From positions 1 through 34,116 of the forward strand of contig ML002396.1 in NCBI GenBank assembly GCA_003614675.1: a DNA stretch of 34,116 nt, given 5' to 3'. This document shows, in pieces, positions 1 through 11,835 of the stretch. The DNA is from Dimargaris cristalligena. Taxonomy: Eukaryota. Under the pieces are notes generated by a model. The model saw nothing but the letters and a program-made list of their open reading frames with translations, made no database searches and had not been told where the DNA came from. Numbering within the stretch: position 1 is the first letter of the stretch; every line of letters starts with the position of its first letter. Both the position numbers and the translations under genes were made by a program.

Positions 1-1516
1 CCTTTCTCTATTATTCATCTATCTTTTCATTTAAGCTTCCTCTTTCAAGTATTTGAGTTTAGTTCTTTACATTACACATGTGGAATAGGTTTACTGCAGT
101 AGCACCAAGACCCAGTGGGCCAGTAACACTGACGATTATGTCATTGCAGGGCAGAGCTGGTATTCACAAAGGTGGGTTCACTCCCATTGCAAGATCAGTG
201 AGGGTTTGAGGATGGGATGATATGTGTTCTCACTGCATTTATTTTTTAAAAAATAAACAGAGTAAACTAAGTGCTATCATCAATGCCATAGATGAAAATA
301 AGAGAAATAATCAAAATCAACAAAATTAATGGTGATTCAAACTTGATAATACTAAATACTTAAGTTGAAGCAATTAGGGGTTACTTGTATTTTATCCTTA
401 GCTAAAAAAATTATGTTCCCAAGTTTGTTGGAACTATGAGGTTTAAATAAAAAAAAAGGAATGGTCAACTATGGATATTCAGTTTTTGTCATGACTGGCT
501 GCACTCATTTGGGTGAAATTCAATGAAACTGTTCTTTGAGGGGGGGTGTATAAGGGATTGATAGGTAAACCGAGGGAATGTAAGCCAAGGAATAAACAGG
601 TCACTTCAGGGTGAGATATTTATAAACTTGGATAGCACAGCAGTGTTGCCCTAATGGGAATATTAAGTATATAAAAGGGAATGCAAAAGGAACCTGTTGA
701 AGGCCATATAAAATTAAAAAATTCTGGTGGGAACAAACAGGTCTATGGACCAATGTGTAGGTATAATAAGCCAAGTCCAACAGCTATGCCCCGAGGGGGG
801 GATAGACAAGGTTGCTCAAACAATAGCTGGTGTTATTATGGAACATAATATAGTGGGGTAAAATCTAATAAGGACAAGTAGTGCAGAATGGCCACAGTTG
901 GATTAAGTTAGGTTAGTCAATGTCATAAATATATTTCTTAATAGTTTTCTTATACATATATCATTTAAAACCTTATAGGGCTAAATTGAAATTTCCCAAT
1001 GACTTTAAGAGCTATATGATACAATACAATTTTAACTATTTCAGCCTGTTGTGCTTAATAATCTATAGGATTAAAGCTGACTAACTATGAAGGACTGGGT
1101 GCCATTATCACCTAGTTCCATTGATGGGGTGCAGGAATTTGGCCTTATTGAAGGATCAGTGTCTTTCAGCCATTCCCACCACTTGATTCACATATTCCAT
1201 ATATCCCTTTTGTTATATACCATCTATTATTAGTTATCACTTATAATACTATCTAGTATCACCTTTTAACATTTTCTATGCTAGCTCAATGCCTTCATCA
1301 TTAGTCAGCTTAGCTATATAATACTGAGCTAATTCCTATAGTTATTCTACAGCTAATTACTATTTATTCTATACCCCCTTTTATAGTTAACTCAATCTAT
1401 TTGATATCTCCCTTATTATTATCTATAAAGCACCCTTTGCATCAACTACTTGTGTGTTATCTCTTGTAGACTTATCTAAGGCATAGCCATTTAATCATAT
1501 CCTAGATTATTATCTA

Positions 1517-2095
1517 TGTCACTTGGGTTTACCACTCTTAGTCCATTAAGAGTCCTGAGGATAGGCTTCTAATAGTAGGTGGGGCTTAGACTCAGCGAAG
1601 TGGGCTACTGGTATTAGGATGGGGGTGCAATACTAACCAATAAGGGATAAGTGCAGGTATATACAGGGGATATGCAGCAGGTACACTTACTAGTTAGTAT
1701 AAAGGGATGAGCATATATAGAGTTTATTAAGGGAAACTGGGGGACATGAATAAGCTAAGGAATCTAACCGGCTCCAGTGGGGGCTAGTTATATATACACA
1801 GGGGACTACTCTAAAGGGAGGTCCCAGAAGAAAGATACTAAGACTACTGATGGGTAAACTAGCTAACTGGATGGCGTAGGGTATGGAAGACTCAGCTGGG
1901 AATTGGAAGAGTTGTTAGATTAACCTGGGAGTAAATAGTGGGTTCCAGAGTCAAGAAGGAAAAGGGTTATATAATATGGAAGGGTCCCATAGTATTGGGG
2001 GCAACTATGGGAAGGTAATATGGCACTATAAGGCCTAATAGGGGGGGGGGGGTGATTGTTAAGTCCAGATTTAGTTTGGATTAGCTGGGCCAACA
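1517..2095 (+). mobile_element. LTR-like repeat, family 1, copy A (~580 bp, decayed)
   Basis: Starts TGTCAC and ends CCAACA. Aligns along its whole length with 31458-31730 plus 32596-32909 (same strand) and with the reverse complement of ~2640-3216; shared blocks include accactcttagtcca, gataggcttctaat, gtgggctact, aagggaggtccc and ctataaggcctaata. No TSD seen for this copy. Strand is only relative orientation. Confidence 0.75.
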
Positions 2096-2639
2096 CTGTG
2101 GGAATTGACATTGACAGCACACACAGTCAATCCAGCTAATAGCAAACAAAATGACCATCTGATTTGCAATTTGCACTAATAATGGGCTAATGATGGCAAG
2201 TTAATTGAAGTCAGTATTGCAAAACTATGTATTCTTTTATCATAATATTTATTCTATTAGTTTTTTTTGTAAAATTATTATATTTTCTTTTGATGAGTAC
2301 TGTTAACTGATCCCAAGATGAAAGGAATTGTCCTTTGTTAAGGGAAAAGTTTCTCAGCAAATGGACAAATTGGGGAATAATATTACCAGTTTGTTTGATG
2401 GACAGATAGAGAGACCAGAGAATACATAAACCTGGCAATATCCTACCATGTAAGAGAAGAATTCCAATTATTATTATTATTTTTTTGGAAAATATCACTA
2501 CTACTGTCCCATATTTTTAATAAACCTACTTCCATTTTTTTTGACAATGTCTTTGACCAATGGAACTAAAGCTTCGATAGGTGTTACAACTGTAGGGCCT
2601 TTGGACACTGTGCACAGTGGCAAGGGGTGCATGATCCTC

Positions 2640-3216
2640 ATAACTACTAACCCCGATAAATCTGGACACTACAGTGTCTATCCCTATTAGGCCTTATAGT
2701 ACCATATTAACCTTCCCATAGTCACCTCTGGAACTATGGGATTATCCTATATCATAAAACCCTTCCCCTTCCTTGACTCCAGCTCTTCCTACTAATTACT
2801 CAAGTGCTGATCCAAAGACTCTTCTGGTTACTATTAGAGTTTTCCAGATACTAGTAACTATCTAGTTAGTCCATTTACCTATATCATAGTCTTAGCAGCA
2901 GTCTTCCCTTGGGACCTCCCTCTGGAGTTATCCCTATATATATATAACTGGGCCCTATTGGGACCAGTTAGATTCCTTATCTTATTCTGACCCCCTAGTT
3001 TACCCTAATAAACTCTATATATAATCACTCCCCCATACTGACTAGTAAGTGTGCCTACTGTATATCCCTTGCCATACCTGCATATAGCCTTTATTAGTTA
3101 GTACTGTGCCTGTACCTGATATTAGTAGCCCACTTAGCCAAGTCTAAGTCCTGCCTACTGTTAGAAGTCTATCCTTAGGACTCTTGATGGACTAAGAGTA
3201 GTCAACCCAGGCAACA
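2640..3216 (-). mobile_element. LTR-like repeat, family 1, copy B (inverted relative to copy A)
   Basis: The reverse complement begins TGTTGCCTGGGTTGAC, matching copy A TGTCACTTGGGTTTAC. Similarity continues to the tccagattta block near 2657-2666. The left boundary is approximate. Confidence 0.7.
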
Positions 3217-4616
3217 TTAACAAAATCAATACTTTATAATAAAACAGTTAGGACAAGAGTAGCAGTAGCTAACCAAAGGAAACCCATCCCCTAGTATATG
3301 AAGTTGGAAACTAAACAAAAGATGAACTACCCTCTTGCCAGGTGCAAGAATGTCTATTTTTAGAACTACACAGAGGATATAATTAGAATGATAGGCATAG
3401 TTCGTGTTATGGTTGAGTCCAATGAATTGGCTGGTCAAATATTAGTTTAAAATGTATTGTAGGTTTGAGGTTGGATTATTCCTTATTCATAAGGGTCCAT
3501 TATAGGATACTGCAAAACTCGCACGTTTTGTATTAGCTGTAACAGTCCTATTCAACTACATCTTAAATATTATCTATGCCCATAGTTGTTAAATCCCCGA
3601 AATCCAAGTTTAAGTATCGATTAATCCGGGGGGTGCAGCTGACCTGCATGTATAACAAAAGGACCATGACAGAGCGAGGGACTCTGTAAAGCCATATTCC
3701 CCACGCTATTTAAGAGACTCCGACTCTAGCCGCTAGTCATACATATTTACCACCTAGCCCTGCACATGTTCATAAACCAGGGCATGCTTTAGTGGGATTA
3801 TAACCTACCCATCGGGCGGTATACAGAGCCCGTGGATCGGTGCAGGGAGGCAATAGTGGAGATAAAAACATCCATAGTGGGCGTTGTTGAAGTGTGCGCG
3901 TCATGGCGCTGAGCGGAGGGGACGAGAGAAACAATATTGGCAGCTACCTACCAGCGATTTCGGCTGTACGGCTAAATCGACATTGCCTCACTATTAGTGA
4001 ACCGAAACATGTATTTACCATTGACCCAAAAGCAGTTTTTGGGAGATTCCCACTGACTGTGGTACATCGGCTGAAAGTCTTGTGTAACATCAATCTACAG
4101 CCGCTCTCGCTTGCTATAATTTCGATGGGATTGGCCGATAAAAATAGGAGTTGTCCGCCCCTTAACTAAGTCAGACGCCCTCCTCTATACCCGCCTCAGC
4201 AAATGAGGGTGGGGCGGAGGGTTGAGCCGACAGTGAAAATCGAATTCGGATTGCACCATAGTCACTACGAACAATGTCCTGAAACTCCGATTAACACCTG
4301 TCCTCAACCGATCCAAAAGGATGGTTGCTGCTGATACGTAACTAACCAGGGCGATGAACCCCTACGATTCAACGGAGTCTATCATATCCATGGGTCTTCC
4401 CAAAGAATTTTTAATGCCGAGACTTAATGTTGTTCCTCGATACACTCGATATAGAGTTAAAAATAACTATGGGGAAAGCGCAATAAAATACCGCACACAC
4501 TGGAGAGGGACTTGGACTACACAGTAGGCGTCTATTCCTAATGGCATGCAGAGATCCATGGCCTAATAAGCTTAATTGATCTACCTTAACCGCCTGGATC
4601 ATGGGTGGGGTCAGCA

Positions 4617-4623
4617 TATAAAA
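4617..4623 (+). promoter_or_regulatory. Candidate TATA box (TATAAAA) of the hevein-repeat gene
   Basis: TATAAAA lies ~165 bp upstream of the ATG at 4784 and is followed by a C/T-rich leader. Confidence 0.4.
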
Positions 4624-4783
4624 GTCGGCGGCCGTCTCCATTTCATTACATTATCATCAACCCCATCATTTCTCATCTCAACCGCATTCATACCTTGGCT
4701 TAACCCGGCAATCTCCATCTAGAGCTTCGACTTTTCGATTCTCTACAGGCACCTTCTACCTCCACTTTTCCTCAGCTACTACC

Positions 4784-7086
4784 ATGGTTCGATTCGTTAC
4801 TGCCCTGACTCTCATGGCCCTAGCGGCCCCTCTTCTTGTGTTGGCCCAAGGTTCGCTTCCCGGTGGTGGTAAGTAGTCTACATTCATTCTTATATTTACC
4901 CAGTCGTACAATATGGTAATAGACCTTCCTTCTTATCCATATGGACTATTGCTATCTGAAATCGACCCACTAACGTACCACACACAGTATTAGGGAACTA
5001 ACTAAAATAACAAGGTGCAATTTCCATGGATACATGCATATTTATATGAATATAGGATGTGATGCCACTCACGCCTGTGCGGCTGGCCAATGCTGTAGCC
5101 AATGGGGCTGGTGCGGTGTAGGGGACGGCTTCTGTGGTACTGGCTGTCAAAACGGGCCCTGCTCAGGCAACGGTGGAAACAACCCCCAACCCACTAGCAC
5201 CTCGACTATCCCAACCAAGCCTACCAACGTCTCCACCGACGGCACTTGCGATGCCGATAAGTCCTGCCCCGGTAGCCAGTGCTGTAGCCAGTGGGGCTTC
5301 TGTGGTGTAGGCGATGACTTCTGCGGTGCCGGCTGCAAGAATGGGCCCTGCTCAGGCAATGGTGGAGGCAACCCCCAACCCACCAGCACCTCGACTGCCC
5401 CTACCAAGCCCACCAACATCTCCACTGATGGCACTTGCGGTGCTGATAAGTCCTGCCCCGGTAGCCAGTGCTGTAGCCAGTGGGGCTTTTGTGGTGTAGG
5501 CGATGGCTTCTGTGGTACTGGCTGTCAAAACGGGCCCTGCTCAGGCAACGGTGGAAACAACCCCCAACCCACTAGCACCTCGACTATCCCAACCAAGCCT
5601 ACCAACGTCTCCACCGACGGCACTTGCGATGCCGATAAGTCCTGCCCCGGTAGCCAGTGCTGTAGCCAGTGGGGCTTCTGTGGTGTAGGCGATGACTTCT
5701 GCGGTGCCGGCTGCAAGAATGGGCCCTGCTCAGGCAATGGTGGAAGCAACCCCCAACCCACCAGCACCTCGACTGCCCCCACCAAGCCCACCAACATCTC
5801 CACTGACGGCACTTGCGGTGCTGATAAGTCCTGCCCCGGTAGCCAGTGCTGTAGCCAGTGGGGCTTTTGTGGTGTAGGNNNNNNNNNNNNNNNNNNNNNN
5901 NNNNNNNNNNNNNNNNNNNNNNNNNNNNNNNNNNNNNGGCTTCTGTGGTACTGGCTGTCAAAACGGGCCCTGCTCAGGCAACGGTGGAAACAACCCCCAA
6001 CCCACTAGCACCTCGACTATCCCAACCAAGCCTACCAACGTCTCCACCGACGGCACTTGCGATGCCGATAAGTCCTGCCCCGGTAGCCAGTGCTGTAGCC
6101 AGTGGGGCTTCTGTGGTGTAGGCGATGACTTCTGCGGTGCCGGCTGCAAGAATGGGCCCTGCTCAAGCAATGGTGGAGGCAACCCTCAAATTACTAGTAC
6201 CTCAACTCCCCCTACCAAGCCCACCAACATATCCACCGACGGCACTTGCGATGCCGATAAGTCCTGCCCCGGTAGCCAGTGCTGTAGCCAGTGGGGCTTC
6301 TGTGGTGTAGGCGATGGCTTCTGCGGTGCCGGCTGCAAGAATGGGCCCTGCTCAGGCAATGGTGGAAGCAACCCCCAACCCACCAGCACCTCGACTGCCC
6401 CCACCAAGCCCACCAACATCTCCACTGATGGCACTTGCGGTGCTGATAAGTCCTGCCCCGGTAGCCAGTGCTGTAGCCAATGGGGCTTTTGTGGTGTAGG
6501 CGATGGCTTCTGTGGTACTGGCTGTCAAAACGGGCCCTGCTCAGGCAACGGTGGAAACAACCCCCAACCCACTAGCACCTCGACTATCCCAACCAAGCCT
6601 ACCAACGTCTCCACCGACGGCACTTGCGATGCCGATAAGTCCTGCCCCGGTAGCCAGTGCTGTAGCCAGTGGGGCTTCTGTGGTGTAGGCGATGGCTTCT
6701 GCGGTGCCGGCTGCAAGAATGGGCCCTGCTCAAGCAATGGTGGAGGCAACCCCCAACCCACCAGCACCTCGACGGCCCTCACCAAGCCCACCAACATCTC
6801 CACTGATGGCACTTGCGGTGCTGATAAGTCCTGCCCCGGTAGCCAGTGCTGTAGCCAATGGGGCTTTTGTGGTGTAGGTGATGGCTTCTGCGGTGCCGGC
6901 TGCAAGAATGGGCCCTGCTCAGGCAATGGTGGAGACAACCCTCAACCCACTAGTACCTCGACTCCCCCTACCAAACCCACCAACATCTCCACTGATGGCT
7001 CCTGTAGTGCCTCCAAGGCGTGTCCGTCCGGTCAGTGCTGTAGCATTTGGGGCTTTTGTGGGACCGGCCCCTCATTCTGCCCTTAA
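4784..7086 (+). CDS. Secreted multi-hevein (CBM18/chitin-binding type 1) tandem-repeat protein with no catalytic domain; exons 4784-4868 and 5056-7086 (assembly gap 5879-5937)
   Basis: Exon 1 encodes a signal peptide (MVRFVTALTLMALAAPLLVLA-QG). The intron runs g|GTAAGT ... tatAG|ga. Exon 2 repeats the hevein consensus C-x5-C-x4-CCSQWGFCG-x4-FC-x3-C-x-NGPC, separated by Pro/Thr/Ser linkers (NPQPTSTSTxPTKPTN[IV]S). The last module is truncated (CCSIWGFCGTGPSFCP*), with TAA at 7084-7086. The frame shift across the Ns is attributable to the gap size estimate. Confidence 0.93.
5089..7060 (+). repeat. Coding tandem repeat, 189-bp unit with 378-bp higher-order (A/B) periodicity
   Basis: The ggcacttgc anchor recurs at 5241, 5430, 5619, 5808, [gap], 6052, 6241, 6430, 6619 and 6808, with a diverged copy at 6997. 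Units mostly alternate between TCDADK and TCGADK variants. Confidence 0.97.
5879..5937. other. Assembly gap (59 N) inside the tandem array
   Basis: Run of N. The flanks would join in frame with only 4 nt (cgat) or 4+189k nt. Confidence 0.99.
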
Positions 7087-9537
7087 TTAGATAGTATATT
7101 TTCTAGTCGTATTAGAAAAGTATCATCACGTCATGCTTAGTAGGCACTTCAACAATATCTATTCATTCTATTTACTCGCTAACTTAGATGCCTTTATATT
7201 TTTTTACAAGTCATCACATCGCCGGTTAATTCGCATTTCTGGCCTAGGCCGTTTTTTGAAATGCATTATGTGCTATAACGCTACCTAAGAATTTGCGCCC
7301 AGCCATATTTATGCCACTCTGCTTGTCTACCTATATGTCAGTAGGGACCGTGTCTTTATTTTACTTACAATCTACGCTGTAAGCCTATTGACAACTCTTA
7401 TTTTTTCTTTAGAATCTTTATATATAAACATTTTGATCAGCAGCTCATTTTTTCTGCCATATGCATCTTACAGCGACCATGTAGCGTGTCCTTTTATTTG
7501 CTACTCTACCGAATCTATTTGAGCACGGGAAACCCCCTCAAACTAAGCAAAGTAATTGCGATTGGGTTCCGAAGACACACAATGTACTAGAAGGAGACAG
7601 TGGTACAAATGGTACAGTCAGTATGCGGAACCTGGATATAACATTATTCAAAATCCGTCGTTCTCGTTGATAAATATTGTCGACCATTTGGTGTATAGTT
7701 AAATTGCCACCAGAACCTCGTCTTACGGTGCTAGGTCTAAGGATGCAGTAGGGGGTTGTGGGCTCATTTACAGGTTGCCCCGGTGTCGAAAGGGGTGTTT
7801 TCTAGCTGATAGAGAGAGAGGCGATGACCGATTTAGAGGAAGCAAGCGAGGTGTAACACATAGTATAAATTCAACTGTCGAACTAGTCAATAAACTAGGC
7901 TAACATACACCCATTTTAGAAATAAACTATTTGGTTTAAACACCTATTTTAGTTGAATTGTAAAGTTGTTGAGATAAAATAAGGTTACAAGCAGATCACC
8001 ACTATCTGTTTCGAAAAAGGGTCCCTGAACAAAGGCTGTAAAGCAATTGTTTAAGTACACTGAATTCCCTTCCACATTTCAAATAGTTGTCATAAAATTG
8101 CAATAACATGGTAGCTAAAACACTTATGAAATCATGGATTGGGACATAAACTTCCAAAAGGCGCGGAAATCTTCTCAAGAATTGACATATTATTTGAAAT
8201 CTATTGCCAACATTTGAAACAGTCGATAATCGGCAAATCTGACATAATCATCACCGGCTGAATTGATAACTGACTATTTAAAGCTGATCGCTGACCATCT
8301 CACGGCACTGAATTATCAAATCTCTTAGATAGTTTTGCTGATTTTCTCCTGGTATTTGTCTATTAACTCTTTTGATAGTCACCACCAAATTTTATTATTA
8401 CGAATGTGTATCAGATTGGGGATATTTAACTTATCTATCTCTGTCAGTCTAGTACAGTGATCATCCCACCTTTTACTGAGTTTTTAAGGAGCCTGTCCTA
8501 ATGGGCTTTGATTGGACAATTGAGTACTTAACCATCTTGCTACCCCAGGTCACTATTTAAACAAGGGATCTATCCCTTTAGGGGATTATGTAGTGCCTTC
8601 TTTGGAAAGGGGGGTGCAATACCAGTCAGCTACTGGGTTACAGTTCAGTGTGTGGGTCAGTAAAGGAAAGGCGGGGTTGGACATCATGATTGCTGAATAT
8701 GTCTGCACAATCGGCCAAGTTTACAGCATGCCATTAGAGTGTAGGTGTGACAACCCAACCTCCCCTGCCAACCTCACTGTTTTTGTTAACCCTTACTCCT
8801 CTATCCTTCTCATTATTTTTCCAAAGCCGATTAAGTAGTTGGCAGTGAGGAGGCGGTATATCGATAGAATACAAATAGCCAGGTTTTCATGTTTTAGGCA
8901 GTTTGTTTCTCCGTAAACCAAATTGAAGGGGGTCCTTCTTTTGGAAATCGTTCAATTGGGGGGCAGATGTCGCATGGCATACACCTGACCTTGAAGCAGT
9001 GTTATAAGTATGCCAATGAAATAACAGACGGCTGCCTATTAATTTAAAAGCTAGGAGTGGAACAAAATGGGTATGGTTGTTAGCATTAAATCAATTAAGA
9101 GAGAAAGAAAAGACCGACGTTTATTGATTAACTATTGATTCGCTATATATCTCCCATAGCGGGATTTCTATTGGTTAGTCCTCTAACAATGGTCCTCCTC
9201 CTCCTTCACATTTGCCCCACATTCATCCACTGTGACCTCTGAGTTTTTCCTTAAAGCGGCCTCTTGTTTCAGCCCGTTACACTGCTTCGCTCATCCTTGC
9301 TGCGGCATTTTTAGGCCTTATAATTCCACCATACCTTTTACTTTGTTTTAGATAAAACTATTCCTCCCCACTTTGCCCTTTTATATGCACCCGAAAGGTC
9401 TAGCTTGCGACCACCCTTTCCTTGAATTATTGTGCTATTTCCCACAGATATGACTCCCTCATTCGACACCTTTTTCCGTAGCTTTTCTATTTCTTTGGTT
9501 GCACATCCACCTACCCTTCCTAACAATTAGCTACCAC

Positions 9538-11835
9538 ATGGGACCCACTGCTCCAATTCTTTTATTACCCCTTCCTCCCACTACCCTGAAGGGTAATTCA
9601 ACCTCGGAGCGCTCCCGCTACTCGTGTCTTAACTGTCGCAAACGCAAGGTCCGCTGTAACCGGTTACTTCCTCGCTGCACCACATGTCAACAATGGAACT
9701 CCGACTGTCGATACCATATCACTCCCCCTCGTTTACATAAGACCCAAGCCCATTTGCTCGGTAATATTCACCATGATAGTGCCTGTGACAGCTCCACACC
9801 CGAATCCCCATCTCCTACTCAGGGCCCACCTTCCCGACTAGTGCCCCTCGACGTTACAGCATATACCCACCGGGCCACTCTTGCGCCTACCGCAGATAGC
9901 CCACCGTCCTCGGACTCAAGTCGGACTGTCAGCTTAGCCCAGACTGCATATACTGACTCGGCCAGGAACCCACCCAGTCCAGAGGGCCCCTTATATATAC
10001 CCGTAGACCTGCTATTGGATTTCCCTGCAAATGCCCTAGACATCCCCATAGACGATTTCACCAATAATATATCACCTATAGCCACCTTGCCGTCACCTTC
10101 CTTCACCCAAGACCCAGCCAGGTGGAACCTGCTACCTAATTGGCTAGTGGCGGGCATCAACCAACTCAATGTGGACAATTCGACGGAGGACACGCTTAGT
10201 CTACGGACAGCCCGGTTGATACTCAAGCTAATGGGAAACTCGCCGGCTTCCCGGTCCCCAAGTGATTTCTATCCGGGCCACACTTCGTCACTAGCAAACT
10301 CAACAATGAAAGAATATGGATCAGAGAAAGGTAGCGCCTCCTTGGATGGCCCGTTGGCAGATACCAGCAGCGGTCCACCCTGTCTCCGTTCACTGTTTTC
10401 CCCTGTCGACTTACTGTTCCATTCTAGTGTAGTGCGCCACTCAATCGATGATTTTTGCTCACTTAATTACCGAGGCAACAGCCCCCTACACCGACTTCGG
10501 ATTCTCTATCGACTGGATAACCAGCTGGTCCCTGAAGCATACCAGTTGGCGGCCATGCTAGCCGTTGCCCCCTTCTCCAAGCATCCCGCCTTTGAACGGG
10601 CCTCGCCCCATATGATCAGTAGTCAGTATCACTCTCGGCTTATTGCTATGTTACCGCGTTGCCTGGCCGACCCTAGCCCCGATATATTTGCCGTAATGTG
10701 TATGTTAACTGACGCTACCCTAGGCTTAGGCCTTCTTACTCTCCACCAAAGCTTACTCGCTGCCTCCATTCGCAAGCAGCATAGTATCCGGTCCTATCTG
10801 ATTGATCACCCTAATCCACCCCCGCGACTGACTTGCCTTAATGCCGACCCTGGGATTATAGTGGACGCACCCACTATACGCAACGAATTCATACGCCAAT
10901 ACTACCGAATGATATGGTGGGCTCACTTTGGTAAGGACATGATGGCTGCACTGATCTTTGGACATAAACCATTGATCGATATGGACATCTGCTATGTCAA
11001 TTTACCCAGTCCCGACCGAGATATCGAAGCCCGCTTAGAAGCTGAACTGGCGAATCCTGATTCCGATATATTCACCGGCAAGGACTACCCAACGATGGTC
11101 AATAACTCCCGAATCAAAACCAATGTCATCGTCGTCAAAGCCGAGGTATCTATTATAGGTCACCGAATTGCCCAACTCCGCGCGCGCCAGGCGACGGACC
11201 CCGCGGCCTGGCTTCAAGCCCTACCCGGACTCAATCATGAACTCGACCTGTGGTATAACCGCTTCACTGAAATGGGTGAGAAAGACTGGCGCACTTCCCC
11301 CTATACTGTGGTGCTGTTTTCCCAGAGTGAGGCCGATTCTTTCTGCATCCGGGTCCGAATCATGTGTGCCATGCTGGCCATCTACCTTAACCATTTCGAC
11401 GGCCACTCTCCTGACAGCACTGTGCCCTATCCCGGCTCGGCCTTGAATGATGCCCTCCAGGCCACCGGTGACTCCATGGACCGCACCCTCTCCGAATGCC
11501 ATGAACGGTGCTGGACCTACACTCTCCGGCTCCGTGAATTAATGATCAAGTCCCCTACCCCACCCGCCTTTATCAGCAATACCCTGTTCTCCTCTTCCTT
11601 GTATCCCGCCGCCGTGGTGTGCAACGAGCGAATCCACGGCATGGGCTCCGCCTACCCCAACCCAGTGGACCCTGCTGACCGGAAATTGGCCACTTTATTC
11701 ATTGATGAAATTATCCAGGTATTGGCGAGTTTTGGCCAACTCTGGAAGATTAACCTAAAAATGGTCGAGGCGGTCCAGACTATGCGAGGCACCCCCTTTT
11801 CTAGACGCAGCGTGAGTATAGAGCTCTTTTCATAA
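9538..11835 (+). CDS. Zn(II)2Cys6 (GAL4-type) fungal transcription factor with a fungal-specific TF middle domain; intronless, ~765 aa from the first ATG
   Basis: SCLNCRKRKVRCNRLLPRCTTCQQWNSDCRY fits the C-x2-C-x6-C-x6-C-x2-C-x6-C binuclear cluster. A Fungal_trans-like segment is present (YRMIWWAHFGKDMMAALIFGHKPLIDMDICYVNLPSP). The first in-frame ATG is at 9538; the track start at 9499 is a TTG. Confidence 0.92.
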   Translation: MGPTAPILLLPLPPTTLKGNSTSERSRYSCLNCRKRKVRCNRLLPRCTTCQQWNSDCRYHITPPRLHKTQAHLLGNIHHDSACDSSTPESPSPTQGPPSRLVPLDVTAYTHRATLAPTADSPPSSDSSRTVSLAQTAYTDSARNPPSPEGPLYIPVDLLLDFPANALDIPIDDFTNNISPIATLPSPSFTQDPARWNLLPNWLVAGINQLNVDNSTEDTLSLRTARLILKLMGNSPASRSPSDFYPGHTSSLANSTMKEYGSEKGSASLDGPLADTSSGPPCLRSLFSPVDLLFHSSVVRHSIDDFCSLNYRGNSPLHRLRILYRLDNQLVPEAYQLAAMLAVAPFSKHPAFERASPHMISSQYHSRLIAMLPRCLADPSPDIFAVMCMLTDATLGLGLLTLHQSLLAASIRKQHSIRSYLIDHPNPPPRLTCLNADPGIIVDAPTIRNEFIRQYYRMIWWAHFGKDMMAALIFGHKPLIDMDICYVNLPSPDRDIEARLEAELANPDSDIFTGKDYPTMVNNSRIKTNVIVVKAEVSIIGHRIAQLRARQATDPAAWLQALPGLNHELDLWYNRFTEMGEKDWRTSPYTVVLFSQSEADSFCIRVRIMCAMLAIYLNHFDGHSPDSTVPYPGSALNDALQATGDSMDRTLSECHERCWTYTLRLRELMIKSPTPPAFISNTLFSSSLYPAAVVCNERIHGMGSAYPNPVDPADRKLATLFIDEIIQVLASFGQLWKINLKMVEAVQTMRGTPFSRRSVSIELFS

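Noticed and set aside
5879..6008. Apparent frameshift and premature end of the hevein ORF at 6008
   Set aside because: Caused by the arbitrary 59-N gap. The hevein frame resumes at 5938 and runs to 7086.
5089..7060. Regularly spaced repeats as a CRISPR-like array
   Set aside because: The units are contiguous coding repeats without unique spacers, and the context is eukaryotic.
5147..7090. Many short alternative-frame and antisense ORFs over the hevein array
   Set aside because: They are shadows of the GC-rich repeated coding frame and repeat with the same 189/378-bp period.
8458..8853. Short imperfect inverted repeats (8458-8479 vs 8657-8686; 8759-8772 vs 8838-8853) in a locally CpG-poor patch
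   Set aside because: The arms are too short and gapped to distinguish from chance without a genome-wide search.
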